24,128 nucleotides of DNA from Elusimicrobiota bacterium (GTDB taxonomy: Bacteria; Elusimicrobiota; Elusimicrobia; UBA1565; JACRDR01), in contig JBGFSC010000050.1 of NCBI GenBank assembly GCA_041694815.1, forward strand, positions 1-24,128, written 5' to 3'. Positions 1 through 7,985 of the stretch are shown here, piece by piece. The position numbers were made by a program, and so were the translations under genes. The first letter of the stretch is position 1. Each line of letters starts with the position of its first letter. The notes under the pieces are model-generated. The model made no database searches. It was not told the origin of the DNA and saw nothing but the letters and a program-made list of their open reading frames with translations.

Positions 1-66
1 TGTCACGAATTCGCGTTCTGTCAGGGAGTGCTTGCGCCTCATTCTTTTTAATTCTTTAAACGACAT
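1..66 (-). CDS. Possible N-terminus of a gene running off the left edge (XRE-type HTH-like start)
   Basis: Minus-strand ATG at 66 reads MSFKELKRMRRKHSLTEREFVT to the window edge with no stop. It loosely resembles helices 1-2 of XRE HTH domains (LKxLRxxxGLTQxEF). Only 22 codons are visible. Confidence 0.25.
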   Translation of the reverse strand, partial: MSFKELKRMRRKHSLTEREFVT

Positions 67-83
67 CCAACAGATTTCTCGTT

Positions 84-114
84 CTTTCGGTAGGTGGTAA
101 CGATGTGCCCGACG
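84..114 (-). repeat. Left copy of a long-range inverted repeat (core 95-114)
   Basis: Reverse complement of 95-114 is CGTCGGGCACATCGTTACCA, identical to 24029-24048. The match extends outward to 28/31. Confidence 0.9.
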
Positions 115-189
115 AGTTCTAAGTATCTGGGCCCTCTGGGGCAGAGTCCCTGGGACCAAAGACTGCTGACCATCTAGGCCTTTGGCCAC

Positions 190-218
190 CTGCCGGATCT
201 CACCCAGAACCGTACAAT
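190..218 (+). promoter_or_regulatory. Putative sigma70 promoter for the 259..1002 gene
   Basis: CTGCCG (190-195)-N17-TACAAT (213-218), followed by a GGAGG RBS at 251-255. Confidence 0.45.
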
Positions 219-258
219 TTCTCCGGAGGACTGCTGCGCCCGTTAGTTTTGGAGGAAT

Positions 259-1002
259 ATGAAAAGAACCTTGATTGCCTTGTCGCTGGCTGCGACGAAT
301 TTCGGCACGTATGGCTATACCGAAGATGTGGAGGACCAGCTGCGTCGAGCAGCAACTCGATCGCGTCCCATCAGCCAAGATACCCGCAAAAAAATCATGG
401 GCGTATTCGGCAAGGTATCAAGCACGAAATACTCAGGCAAAGTGCGATGGCAGAATGACCTGCCCGAGGATACGCCGTTCAAGAAAATCGGCTTGATCGC
501 GGCGATATGCATAGGAGGTCCGAGCTTTGAAGCCTATATCCCGGTCGGAGCGGTGGATTCCTCAGTGGAGGATCCTAATCTGGCCGAATACTTCATCCTA
601 GCCGTCACTAAAGCTGAAAAAGGCTGCGGTGATACGGGACCGACAAAGACCCAATACTCCCAGCCGCTATATTTCAAGGATTTCCCACCAGAACCTGCCG
701 ATGTTCTTCTGACCGGACTCGTCGGCAAGCATCAAACAACAGGCGCACGAACGGTGCCTGACCTTCTCCTTGGACCCGGAAAGAAATGCTCGTTGCAAAT
801 GAACGGCAAAGAGCATGTCTCTATGCCGCCGGAGCTGGAGGCCCTGGAGGGTAAAATCGTCACCTGCAAAGGGCTGCTGTTCGGATCGGTTTTGACGGTA
901 GAAAAATGCCAGCTAGTCAATGGTTTCGTCAAAAACCCTCAGTCGCCATCGGAACTCGTGCGTGTGCACGATGGAGTTATCGTCGGGCCCGGCCCCAGCT
1001 AA
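259..1002 (+). CDS. Hypothetical protein, probably exported (247 aa)
   Basis: ATG with GGAGG just upstream. Signal-peptide-like start MKRTLIALSLAA. No family recognised. GC is lower than in the operon (30/60 at 361-420 versus 38/60 at 1741-1800 and 46/60 at 3241-3300). Confidence 0.7.
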   Translation: MKRTLIALSLAATNFGTYGYTEDVEDQLRRAATRSRPISQDTRKKIMGVFGKVSSTKYSGKVRWQNDLPEDTPFKKIGLIAAICIGGPSFEAYIPVGAVDSSVEDPNLAEYFILAVTKAEKGCGDTGPTKTQYSQPLYFKDFPPEPADVLLTGLVGKHQTTGARTVPDLLLGPGKKCSLQMNGKEHVSMPPELEALEGKIVTCKGLLFGSVLTVEKCQLVNGFVKNPQSPSELVRVHDGVIVGPGPS

Positions 1003-1049
1003 CGATCGCCTAATCGCTTTTTCGATACGTAAACGTCATCGCGGCCCGA

Positions 1050-1079
1050 TTGCCTTCAAGCATCGGCGCGGATTACACT
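1050..1079 (+). promoter_or_regulatory. Putative sigma70 promoter for the small gene
   Basis: TTGCCT (1050-1055)-N18-TACACT (1074-1079). The predicted +1 falls at about the ATG at 1086. Confidence 0.4.
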
Positions 1080-1085
1080 AGGCCT

Positions 1086-1283
1086 ATGGAAACCATGCGA
1101 TTTCAGGGGTCCGATTGGACCCCCGTCTGGCACGGCGCCGAGCCGACCGCCACACTCGCCTTCGACATGCTCCAAGGCAACGGCATCGAGGCGCTCAAGC
1201 GCGCGGAGGCCGAAGTCGAGATCCTCGTGCATCCCCAGGACGCCGACACCGCCAAGGAGCTGCTCCAGGACTGGGCGATTTAG
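1086..1283 (+). CDS. Small DUF2007-like (putative signal-transducing, ferredoxin-like fold) protein, 65 aa
   Basis: Pattern W..V......A.L....L..NGIEA....VEILVHPQDADTAKELL matches what I know of DUF2007. Host-like codon use. ATG 1086 (or 1095) is preferred over TTG 1050. Confidence 0.65.
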   Translation: METMRFQGSDWTPVWHGAEPTATLAFDMLQGNGIEALKRAEAEVEILVHPQDADTAKELLQDWAI

Positions 1284-1302
1284 CGCGCATCCGCGCTTCT
1301 TT
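1282..1302 (+). terminator. Possible weak intrinsic terminator
   Basis: AGCGCG-CATC-CGCGCT hairpin followed by TCTTT, overlapping the TAG stop. Confidence 0.4.
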
Positions 1303-1304
1303 GA

Positions 1305-1333
1305 TTGCCGCGCCGGAGGCAATTTGGTAAACT
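1305..1333 (+). promoter_or_regulatory. Putative main operon promoter (sigma70, extended -10)
   Basis: TTGCCG (1305-1310)-N17-TAAACT (1328-1333) with TG at 1325-1326. It lies about 85 nt upstream of the guaB ATG. Confidence 0.6.
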
Positions 1334-1417
1334 ATCTCCGACGGAAAATGCTCAATTCCGACCGGCGGCTGAGCGAAGTTCCCCACGGGCCGCCGCTCGT
1401 TCTCCACGAGGTCTTCT

Positions 1418-2581
1418 ATGGCGTTTTTCATCGGCCGTGACCGAGAGGCCAGGCGAGCTTATGGCTTCGACGAGATCGCGCTGGTCCCGGGGCAGATCAC
1501 CGTCAATCCGGAGGAAGTCGACACCAGCCTGAAGCTGGGTAAGGTCCGGCTCGAGATTCCCTTTTTGGCATCGGCCATGGATGGCGTCGTCGACGTCCCC
1601 TTCGCCATCGCGATGGGCAAGCTGGGCGGCCTGGGCGTGCTCAATCTCGACGGCATCAACACCCGCTACGACAAGCCCCGCGAGGTCGTAGCGCAGATCG
1701 CCTCCGCCGATCCGGAAACCGCCACGAGGCTCGTGCAGGACCTCTACCGCGAGCCGACCAAGGAGAATCTCGTCGCCCGGCGCGTCGAGGAGATCAAGAA
1801 GGCCGGGGTGCACTGCGCGGTCAGCACCATCCCCCAGAACGCCGAGCGCTACGGTTCGATCGCGGCCGAGGCCGGCTGCGACCTCTTCGTCGTACAGTCC
1901 ACCGTCACGACGGTCCGTCATAAAGCAACCAAGTACAAGCCCTTCGACATCGCTCAGTTTTGCAAGAAGATGCCCATCCCCGTCATCGTCGGCAATTGCG
2001 TGACCTACTCCGTCGCCCTCGAGCTAATGGAGGCGGGCGTCTCGGCGCTTTTGGTCGGGGTGGGCCCCGGCGCCGCCTGCACCACCCGCGGCGTGCTGGG
2101 TTTGGGCGTACCGCAGGTCACCGCTACCGTCGACTGCGCCGCCGCGCGCGACTTCTTCTACAAGAAAACCGACCGCTACGTGCCCATCATCACCGACGGC
2201 GGCATGTCGACGGGCGGAGACATCTGCAAGGCCATCGCCTGCGGATCCGACGGGGTCATGGTCGGCTCGGCCTTCGCCAGGACCAAGGAGGCCCCGGGAC
2301 AGGGATTCCATTGGGGCATGGCCACCCCCCACCAGAACCTGCCGCGCGGCACCCGTATCCACGTCGGCGTCACGGGCACCCTCGAGGAGATACTCTACGG
2401 CCCCTCGAGGCTCGACGACGGATCGCAAAATCTAGTCGGGGCGCTTAAGACCTGCATGGGCTCGGTCGGCGCCTCCAACATCAAGGAGATGCAGCTCGCC
2501 GAGATCATCATCGCCCCGGCCATCAAGACCGAGGGCAAATTGTTCCAGAAGGCCCAGCGCATCGGGATGGGGAAATCGTGA
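1418..2581 (+). CDS. guaB: IMP dehydrogenase family protein, CBS-less GuaB3/cyanobacterial-like type
   Basis: [19 protein letters not shown], catalytic Cys loop [21 protein letters not shown]. 387 aa with no CBS pair. Adjacent to guaA. Confidence 0.9.
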   Translation: MAFFIGRDREARRAYGFDEIALVPGQITVNPEEVDTSLKLGKVRLEIPFLASAMDGVVDVPFAIAMGKLGGLGVLNLDGINTRYDKPREVVAQIASADPETATRLVQDLYREPTKENLVARRVEEIKKAGVHCAVSTIPQNAERYGSIAAEAGCDLFVVQSTVTTVRHKATKYKPFDIAQFCKKMPIPVIVGNCVTYSVALELMEAGVSALLVGVGPGAACTTRGVLGLGVPQVTATVDCAAARDFFYKKTDRYVPIITDGGMSTGGDICKAIACGSDGVMVGSAFARTKEAPGQGFHWGMATPHQNLPRGTRIHVGVTGTLEEILYGPSRLDDGSQNLVGALKTCMGSVGASNIKEMQLAEIIIAPAIKTEGKLFQKAQRIGMGKS

Positions 2582-2600
2582 GCCTCCCCCGGGGGGAGGC
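2582..2600. repeat. GC-rich palindrome between guaB and guaA
   Basis: GCCTCCCCC-G-GGGGGAGGC, with perfect 9-bp arms. No U-tract follows. Confidence 0.75.
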
Positions 2601-2624
2601 GAGCATTGAGGGGGGCTATACATC

Positions 2625-4148
2625 TTGATTGTCGTTTTAGATTTCGGTTCTCAGTACACCCAGCTCATCGCGCGGCGCTTGCGCGAGCTTGAGATATACT
2701 CCGAGATATTGCCTTACAACGCCCCGGCCCGGGAGATACTGGCCAAGGCCCCTAAGGGACTGATCCTTTCGGGCGGGCCCGCCAGCGTGCACCGCTCGGG
2801 GAGCCCTCGACTCGACTTGGGTCCCTTCTCAGGCCTGCCGCTGCTGGGGATCTGCTACGGGATGCAGCTCTTGGTGCACTCGCACGGGGGAGCCGTGGCC
2901 CCGGCGGGCAAGCGCGAGTACGGCGACGCCACGATCTCCGTGGTGGAGCCGGACCCGCTCTTCGACGGGATGGAAGGCGAGCTCAAGGTCTGGATGAGCC
3001 ACGGCGACGGCGTCTTGAAGCTCGGCAACGGCTTCCGCGTGCTCGCGCGCACCCCCGCCGCCCCCTTCGCGGCCATCGCCGACTCCGGCAGGCGCTGGTA
3101 CGGGGTGCAGTTCCACCCCGAGGTGGCGCATACCCCGCAGGGGGCCCGCCTGCTCGAGAATTTCGCGCGGCGCATCTGCTCCGACGAACAGCGCTGGACC
3201 CCGGCCGCGCAGTTGGAACGCTCCCTGGCCGTGATCCGCGAGCTTGTGGGCCCGGGCCGGGCCGTATGCGCCCTGTCCGGCGGCGTCGACTCCTCGGTGG
3301 CGGCCGCGCTGGCGCATCGCGCGCTGGGGGGGCGCCTGCATTCCTTCTACGTCGACACCGGGCTCGGGCGCCTGGGGGACCGCGAGCGCATGCGCGAGCT
3401 TTTCGCGCGCCGGCTGGGCATGCGGCTTAAGATCGTCGACGCCTCGTCCTTGTTCTTGCGGCGGCTGGCCTCGGTCTGTGATCCGGAGCGAAAGCGCAAG
3501 ATCATCGGGCGCGCGTTCATCGAGGTGTTCGAGTCCCAGGCGAGGAGGATCCGGGGGGCGGACTTCCTGGTCCAAGGCACGCTTTACCCCGACGTGATCG
3601 AGTCCGTCTCGGTGCACGGCCCTTCGGCCGTCATCAAGAGCCACCACAACGTAGGCGGGCTTCCCAAGCGGATGCGCCTGCGCCTCGTCGAGCCGCTCCG
3701 ATTCCTGTTCAAGGACGAGGTGCGCCGGCTCGGGCGCGAGCTCGGCCTGCCCGAGGAGGTGCTGGGAGCCCATCCCTTCCCCGGGCCAGGGCTCGCCATC
3801 CGCGTCCTCGGCGCCGTGACCAAGGACAGGCTCGAGCTGCTGCGGCGGGCCGAGGCGATCGTCCAGGAGGAATTCATGAAGAGCGGCTTGTACGAAAAGA
3901 CTTGGCAGGCATTCGCCGTGCTCCTGCCCGTCAAATCGGTCGGGGTCATGGGCGATGAGCGGACGCATCAGCCGGTCGTGGCGCTGCGCGCCGTAGGCAG
4001 CGTCGACGGGATGACCGCCGATTGGGCCCGCCTCCCCTACGATCTGCTGGCGCGGATCTCGAGCCGCATCACCTCGGAGGTGCGGGGCGTCAACCGCGTT
4101 GTCTACGACATCAGCTCCAAGCCGCCCTCCACGATCGAATGGGAATGA
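2625..4148 (+). CDS. guaA: GMP synthase (glutamine-hydrolysing)
   Basis: LDFGSQY, GICYGMQ, QFHPEV, SGGVDS, IKSHHNVGGL, C-terminal KPPSTIEWE. TTG start with a GAGGGG RBS. Confidence 0.98.
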   Translation: MIVVLDFGSQYTQLIARRLRELEIYSEILPYNAPAREILAKAPKGLILSGGPASVHRSGSPRLDLGPFSGLPLLGICYGMQLLVHSHGGAVAPAGKREYGDATISVVEPDPLFDGMEGELKVWMSHGDGVLKLGNGFRVLARTPAAPFAAIADSGRRWYGVQFHPEVAHTPQGARLLENFARRICSDEQRWTPAAQLERSLAVIRELVGPGRAVCALSGGVDSSVAAALAHRALGGRLHSFYVDTGLGRLGDRERMRELFARRLGMRLKIVDASSLFLRRLASVCDPERKRKIIGRAFIEVFESQARRIRGADFLVQGTLYPDVIESVSVHGPSAVIKSHHNVGGLPKRMRLRLVEPLRFLFKDEVRRLGRELGLPEEVLGAHPFPGPGLAIRVLGAVTKDRLELLRRAEAIVQEEFMKSGLYEKTWQAFAVLLPVKSVGVMGDERTHQPVVALRAVGSVDGMTADWARLPYDLLARISSRITSEVRGVNRVVYDISSKPPSTIEWE

Positions 4149-5047
4149 ACGCGCTGGCGCTAATCCAAAGCCGCATTCCAGGCTTGCCTGAACCCAAGCG
4201 GGGAAAGGTGCGGGACATCTATGATCTCGGCGACACGCTGCTCATCGTGGCGACCGACCGGCTATCGGCCTTCGACGTGGTCTTGCCCACGCCGATCCCC
4301 GATAAGGGCCGGGTGCTTACCCAGCTGTCGGAATTCTGGTTCCGCAAGATGCGCCGGATCGTTCCCAACCATTGCATCAGCACAGACCTCGAGGAGATCC
4401 GCCGCCATTTGCCCGCAGGGGCATCGCTCGATCCAAGGGAATTTTCAGGGCGCAGCATGCTGGTACACAAGGCGCGCCGCATCGACGCCGAATGCGTGGT
4501 GCGCGGATACCTGGCCGGATCGGGCTGGAAAGAGTACAGGAAAACGGGTTCGGTCTGCGGACACGCGTTGCCCGCGGGACTTCAGGAGGCGGAAAGGCTT
4601 CCACAGCCGATCTTCACTCCTTCCACGAAGGCCGACGTGGGCCATGACGAGAACATCGATCGAGCCGCCTTGGCGAGCGCCATCGGCCCGGCCTTGGCGG
4701 ATCAGCTAGAGCGCCTCAGCCTGGCCCTCTACACCGAGGCGGCAGAAATGATGCGCGCACGGGGCCTGATCCTCGCCGATACCAAATTCGAGTTCGGACT
4801 TCTCGACGGCCAGACGATCTTGATCGATGAGGTCCTGACTCCGGATTCCTCCCGATTTTGGGACGCTTCCCTTTATAAGATCGGGACTTCCCCCGAAAGC
4901 TTCGACAAGCAGTTCGTGCGAGATTACCTCGAAGCCGTCGGATGGGACAAGCGGCCCCCGGGGCCCGAGCTTCCCCCGAATGTCGTCGCTGGGACCACGG
5001 GGCGTTATCAAGAAGCGCTCGCCAGACTGACCCAGGGGGCCGCGTGA
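4145..5047 (+). CDS. purC: SAICAR synthetase (300 aa)
   Basis: GKVRDIY, ATDRLSAFD, LADTKFEFG, DEVLTPDSSRFW, SFDKQFVRD. Start reassigned to the ATGA overlap with guaA. Confidence 0.97.
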   Translation: MNALALIQSRIPGLPEPKRGKVRDIYDLGDTLLIVATDRLSAFDVVLPTPIPDKGRVLTQLSEFWFRKMRRIVPNHCISTDLEEIRRHLPAGASLDPREFSGRSMLVHKARRIDAECVVRGYLAGSGWKEYRKTGSVCGHALPAGLQEAERLPQPIFTPSTKADVGHDENIDRAALASAIGPALADQLERLSLALYTEAAEMMRARGLILADTKFEFGLLDGQTILIDEVLTPDSSRFWDASLYKIGTSPESFDKQFVRDYLEAVGWDKRPPGPELPPNVVAGTTGRYQEALARLTQGAA

Positions 5048-5523
5048 CGCCCTACCGGGTGGAGATATTCGGCAAGCCCGGCTTCAGCGACCCTGCCGGT
5101 ACCGAGCTCCTCGCCCAATCCGCTTCCGTGGGACTCTCGGGCGCGGCCGAGATACGCGCGGGTAGGATTTACGAGATCGTCGGGCGCCTTTCCCCGGCCC
5201 AAGTCGAGCAGGCCGCCCGGGAACTCCTGGCCGATCCCGTGACCCAGGATTACCGGATCAATGAACAAGCGGTGCCTCCCGCCTTCCTGCTGAGTCCCCA
5301 TTGGCGCGTCGAGATATGGCTCAAGGACGGCGTCTCGGACCCGGAGGAGGAGAGCTTGCGTAAGGGCCTACGCGACCTCGGCTTGCCGGCTCCCGATTCC
5401 ATCCGCGGCGGACGCGTCTACAAGATCGTCGGGCGCTGCCAGCTGCCGCAGATCGAGCGCGTCGCGCGCAAATGGCTCTCGAACCCGCTTATCCACCGCT
5501 CCAGCGTCGAGGCGCCGCGCTGA
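5044..5523 (+). CDS. purS: FGAM synthase subunit PurS with two tandem PurS domains (159 aa)
   Basis: Two repeats of RVEI..K.G.SDP...IR.GR.Y.IVGR...L.[DN]P. GTGA overlap with purC. Directly precedes purL. Confidence 0.88.
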   Translation: MTPYRVEIFGKPGFSDPAGTELLAQSASVGLSGAAEIRAGRIYEIVGRLSPAQVEQAARELLADPVTQDYRINEQAVPPAFLLSPHWRVEIWLKDGVSDPEEESLRKGLRDLGLPAPDSIRGGRVYKIVGRCQLPQIERVARKWLSNPLIHRSSVEAPR

Positions 5524-7985
5524 TGCCCGTCAAGACGTTCAAGCCCGAGGCGCCGCCACCCGCATCCGCCCGCCCGGCGATCGGACTGCGCGACGCCTCG
5601 CCCGCCAAGCTCCAGGATTTAAACCGGCGGCATGGCTGGTCGCTCAACGCGGCCGAGCTTGCCGCCATCTGCCGCCACTTCCGTTCGGTTGGACGGGAAC
5701 CGAGCCGCGCGGAGATGGAGACGATCGCGCAGACTTGGTCGGAGCATTGCAAGCATAAGACGTTCACCGGCGAGATACGCTACCGTGAAGGCGGGCGGAC
5801 CCTGCGCTTTGGCAATCTGCTGCGCGAGACGGTGATGGAGGCCACCCGCCGCCTCAAGAAACCCTGGTGCCTGTCGGTATTCAAGGACAACGCCGGGGTC
5901 GTCGCCTACGATCAGCGCTGGGCCCTGGCCTTCAAGGTGGAAACCCACAACCACCCCTGCGCCCTGGAGCCCTACGGAGGCGCGTCTACCGGCGTCGGAG
6001 GCGTCATCCGCGACATTCTCGGCGTGGGCCTGGGGGCCAAGCCCGTGCTCGGAACGGACGTTTTCTGCCTCTGCCCTCCCGACGGCGCCGACCCCGTCGA
6101 AGGCCCTGCGCCCCGCCTAATGCTCGAGCGCGTCGTCGCCGGAGTGCGCGATTACGGCAACCGCATGGGCATCCCCACATCCGGCGGCGCCATCTGGTTC
6201 GATGAGGCCTTCCGCTTCAATCCCCTCGTCTTCTGCGGTAGCGTCGGACTGCTGCCGCGTTGGGCGGTCCGCAAGGAAGTACGGCCAGGCGACGTCATCG
6301 TCGCCGTTGGCGGCCGCACGGGCAAGGACGGACTGCATGGAGCCACCTTCTCCTCGTCCGGACTGCACGGGGATTCCCCCTCCTCCGCGGTACAGATCGG
6401 CCACGCCATCATGGAAAAGCGCATGCTCGACGTCCTGCTCAAGGCGCGCGACGCCAAGCTCCTGCGCAGCGTCACTGACTGCGGCGCTGGCGGTTTCTCC
6501 TCGGCCATCGGCGAGCTCGGCGCGGGCTGCGGGGCCCGCGTGAAGCTCGACGAGGCCAAGCTCAAGGTCCAGGGCCTCGAGCCGTGGGAAATATGGCTCT
6601 CGGAATCGCAGGAACGCATGATCCTCGCCTGCCCCCCAAAGAATTTAAAGGCATTGCTCGACCTTTTCGACGCCGAGGATGTGGAGTACTCGCTGCTTGG
6701 AGAATTCACCGCCGACCGGCGCCTGAAGGTGGAATTCCGCGGAGAAACGGTCATCGATCTGCCGATGTCATTTTTGCACGAGGGGCTGCCTAAACGGACG
6801 CTTGAAGCGCAGTGGAATCCTCCACCCAAAGTCTCCGCCTCTAGAATTAAATCGGGGTCCGGCTCTTGCTCCGATGCACTGTATGCCCTTCTCTCGCACT
6901 GGAACGTCTGCAGCCGCGCCTGGGTGATACGCCAGTACGATCACGAGGTGCAGGGCGGGGCCGTGATCAAGGCCCTGCAGGGCACCGCCCACGACGGGCC
7001 CGGCGACGCCTGCGTGCATTGGCCGCACGCGGCGACCGGCGAGGTCGACGGGTTTTCGGCCGTCGCGATCGCCCACGGCCTCAATCCAAATTACGGGCGG
7101 CTCGATCCCTACGCCATGGCTCTTTGCTGCGCCGACGAGGCTCTGCGCAACCTAGTGAGCGTCGGCGCCGACGTCTCGCGCGCCTCCTTCCTGGACAATT
7201 TCTGCTGGGGCAATCCCGAGGATCCGCGCACGCTCGGCTCCCTGGTTCGCGCGGCCCTGGGATGCCGCGACGCGGCGCTCGGCTACCAAGTGCCGTTCAT
7301 CTCGGGCAAGGACAGCCTCTACAACGAGTACCGCGACGCCCGTGGAAACAAGCACTCGATCCCCGGCACCCTGCTGATCTCGGCCGTGGCGCCGGTGGAT
7401 GATTTTCGCAAGGCCCTCACCCTGGACTTCAAGGCTCCCGGGAACGCGATCTACCTCGTCGGCTGGACGGCCGAGGAGATGGGCGGATCGCTCTACTCCC
7501 AATGGCGGGGAGACCCACTGGCCGGAGCCGTTCCTTTGCCGTACCCTAAGCGGGCCCGGGCCTGCTTGCGCCTCTTATCGGCGGCCATCGCCAAGGGGCT
7601 CGTCTCCGCCTGCCACGACCTTTCCGAGGGAGGCCTTGGGGTCGCCGCCGCCGAGATGGCCTTTTCGGGTGAGATCGGCGCGCTCCTGGAGCTCGACGAG
7701 GTCTGTCGCCCCAAGGGCCTTCATTCCAACGAAGCGGTGCTTTTCTCCGAATCGCCCAGCCGCTTCCTAGTCGAGGTCGCCTGCGAGAAGGAGAAGGAGT
7801 TCCTCAAGGCGATGAAGGGGGCCATCCTCGCGCGCGTCGGCAGCACCCTCGCCAATCCGGTCCTGCGGATCAAGGGCACCGACGGCTCGGCGCTGCTGGA
7901 GGAGCCCCTGGCCAAACTCAAGGAGGCCTGGATTCGGACGCTGCCCTTGGCCATGCTCGAGCGCCGCAACGGGGCCCACTCATGA
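5523..7985 (+). CDS. purL: FGAM synthase subunit PurL (820 aa)
   Basis: WSEHCKH, KVETHNHP, DCGAGG, SESQERM, QYDHEV, ISGKDSLYN, HDLSEGG. TGATG overlap with purS. Confidence 0.97.
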   Translation: MPVKTFKPEAPPPASARPAIGLRDASPAKLQDLNRRHGWSLNAAELAAICRHFRSVGREPSRAEMETIAQTWSEHCKHKTFTGEIRYREGGRTLRFGNLLRETVMEATRRLKKPWCLSVFKDNAGVVAYDQRWALAFKVETHNHPCALEPYGGASTGVGGVIRDILGVGLGAKPVLGTDVFCLCPPDGADPVEGPAPRLMLERVVAGVRDYGNRMGIPTSGGAIWFDEAFRFNPLVFCGSVGLLPRWAVRKEVRPGDVIVAVGGRTGKDGLHGATFSSSGLHGDSPSSAVQIGHAIMEKRMLDVLLKARDAKLLRSVTDCGAGGFSSAIGELGAGCGARVKLDEAKLKVQGLEPWEIWLSESQERMILACPPKNLKALLDLFDAEDVEYSLLGEFTADRRLKVEFRGETVIDLPMSFLHEGLPKRTLEAQWNPPPKVSASRIKSGSGSCSDALYALLSHWNVCSRAWVIRQYDHEVQGGAVIKALQGTAHDGPGDACVHWPHAATGEVDGFSAVAIAHGLNPNYGRLDPYAMALCCADEALRNLVSVGADVSRASFLDNFCWGNPEDPRTLGSLVRAALGCRDAALGYQVPFISGKDSLYNEYRDARGNKHSIPGTLLISAVAPVDDFRKALTLDFKAPGNAIYLVGWTAEEMGGSLYSQWRGDPLAGAVPLPYPKRARACLRLLSAAIAKGLVSACHDLSEGGLGVAAAEMAFSGEIGALLELDEVCRPKGLHSNEAVLFSESPSRFLVEVACEKEKEFLKAMKGAILARVGSTLANPVLRIKGTDGSALLEEPLAKLKEAWIRTLPLAMLERRNGAHS

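Noticed and set aside
1340..1417. Known purine, ZMP/ZTP or ykkC riboswitch, or PyrR site
   Set aside because: I could not match their conserved cores by eye. Retained only as an unclassified structured-leader candidate.
2829..3968. Long antisense ORFs (also 8918..9883, 15792..16733, 17183..17932)
   Set aside because: They mirror well-supported sense genes, and stop-codon scarcity is explained by GC3 bias.
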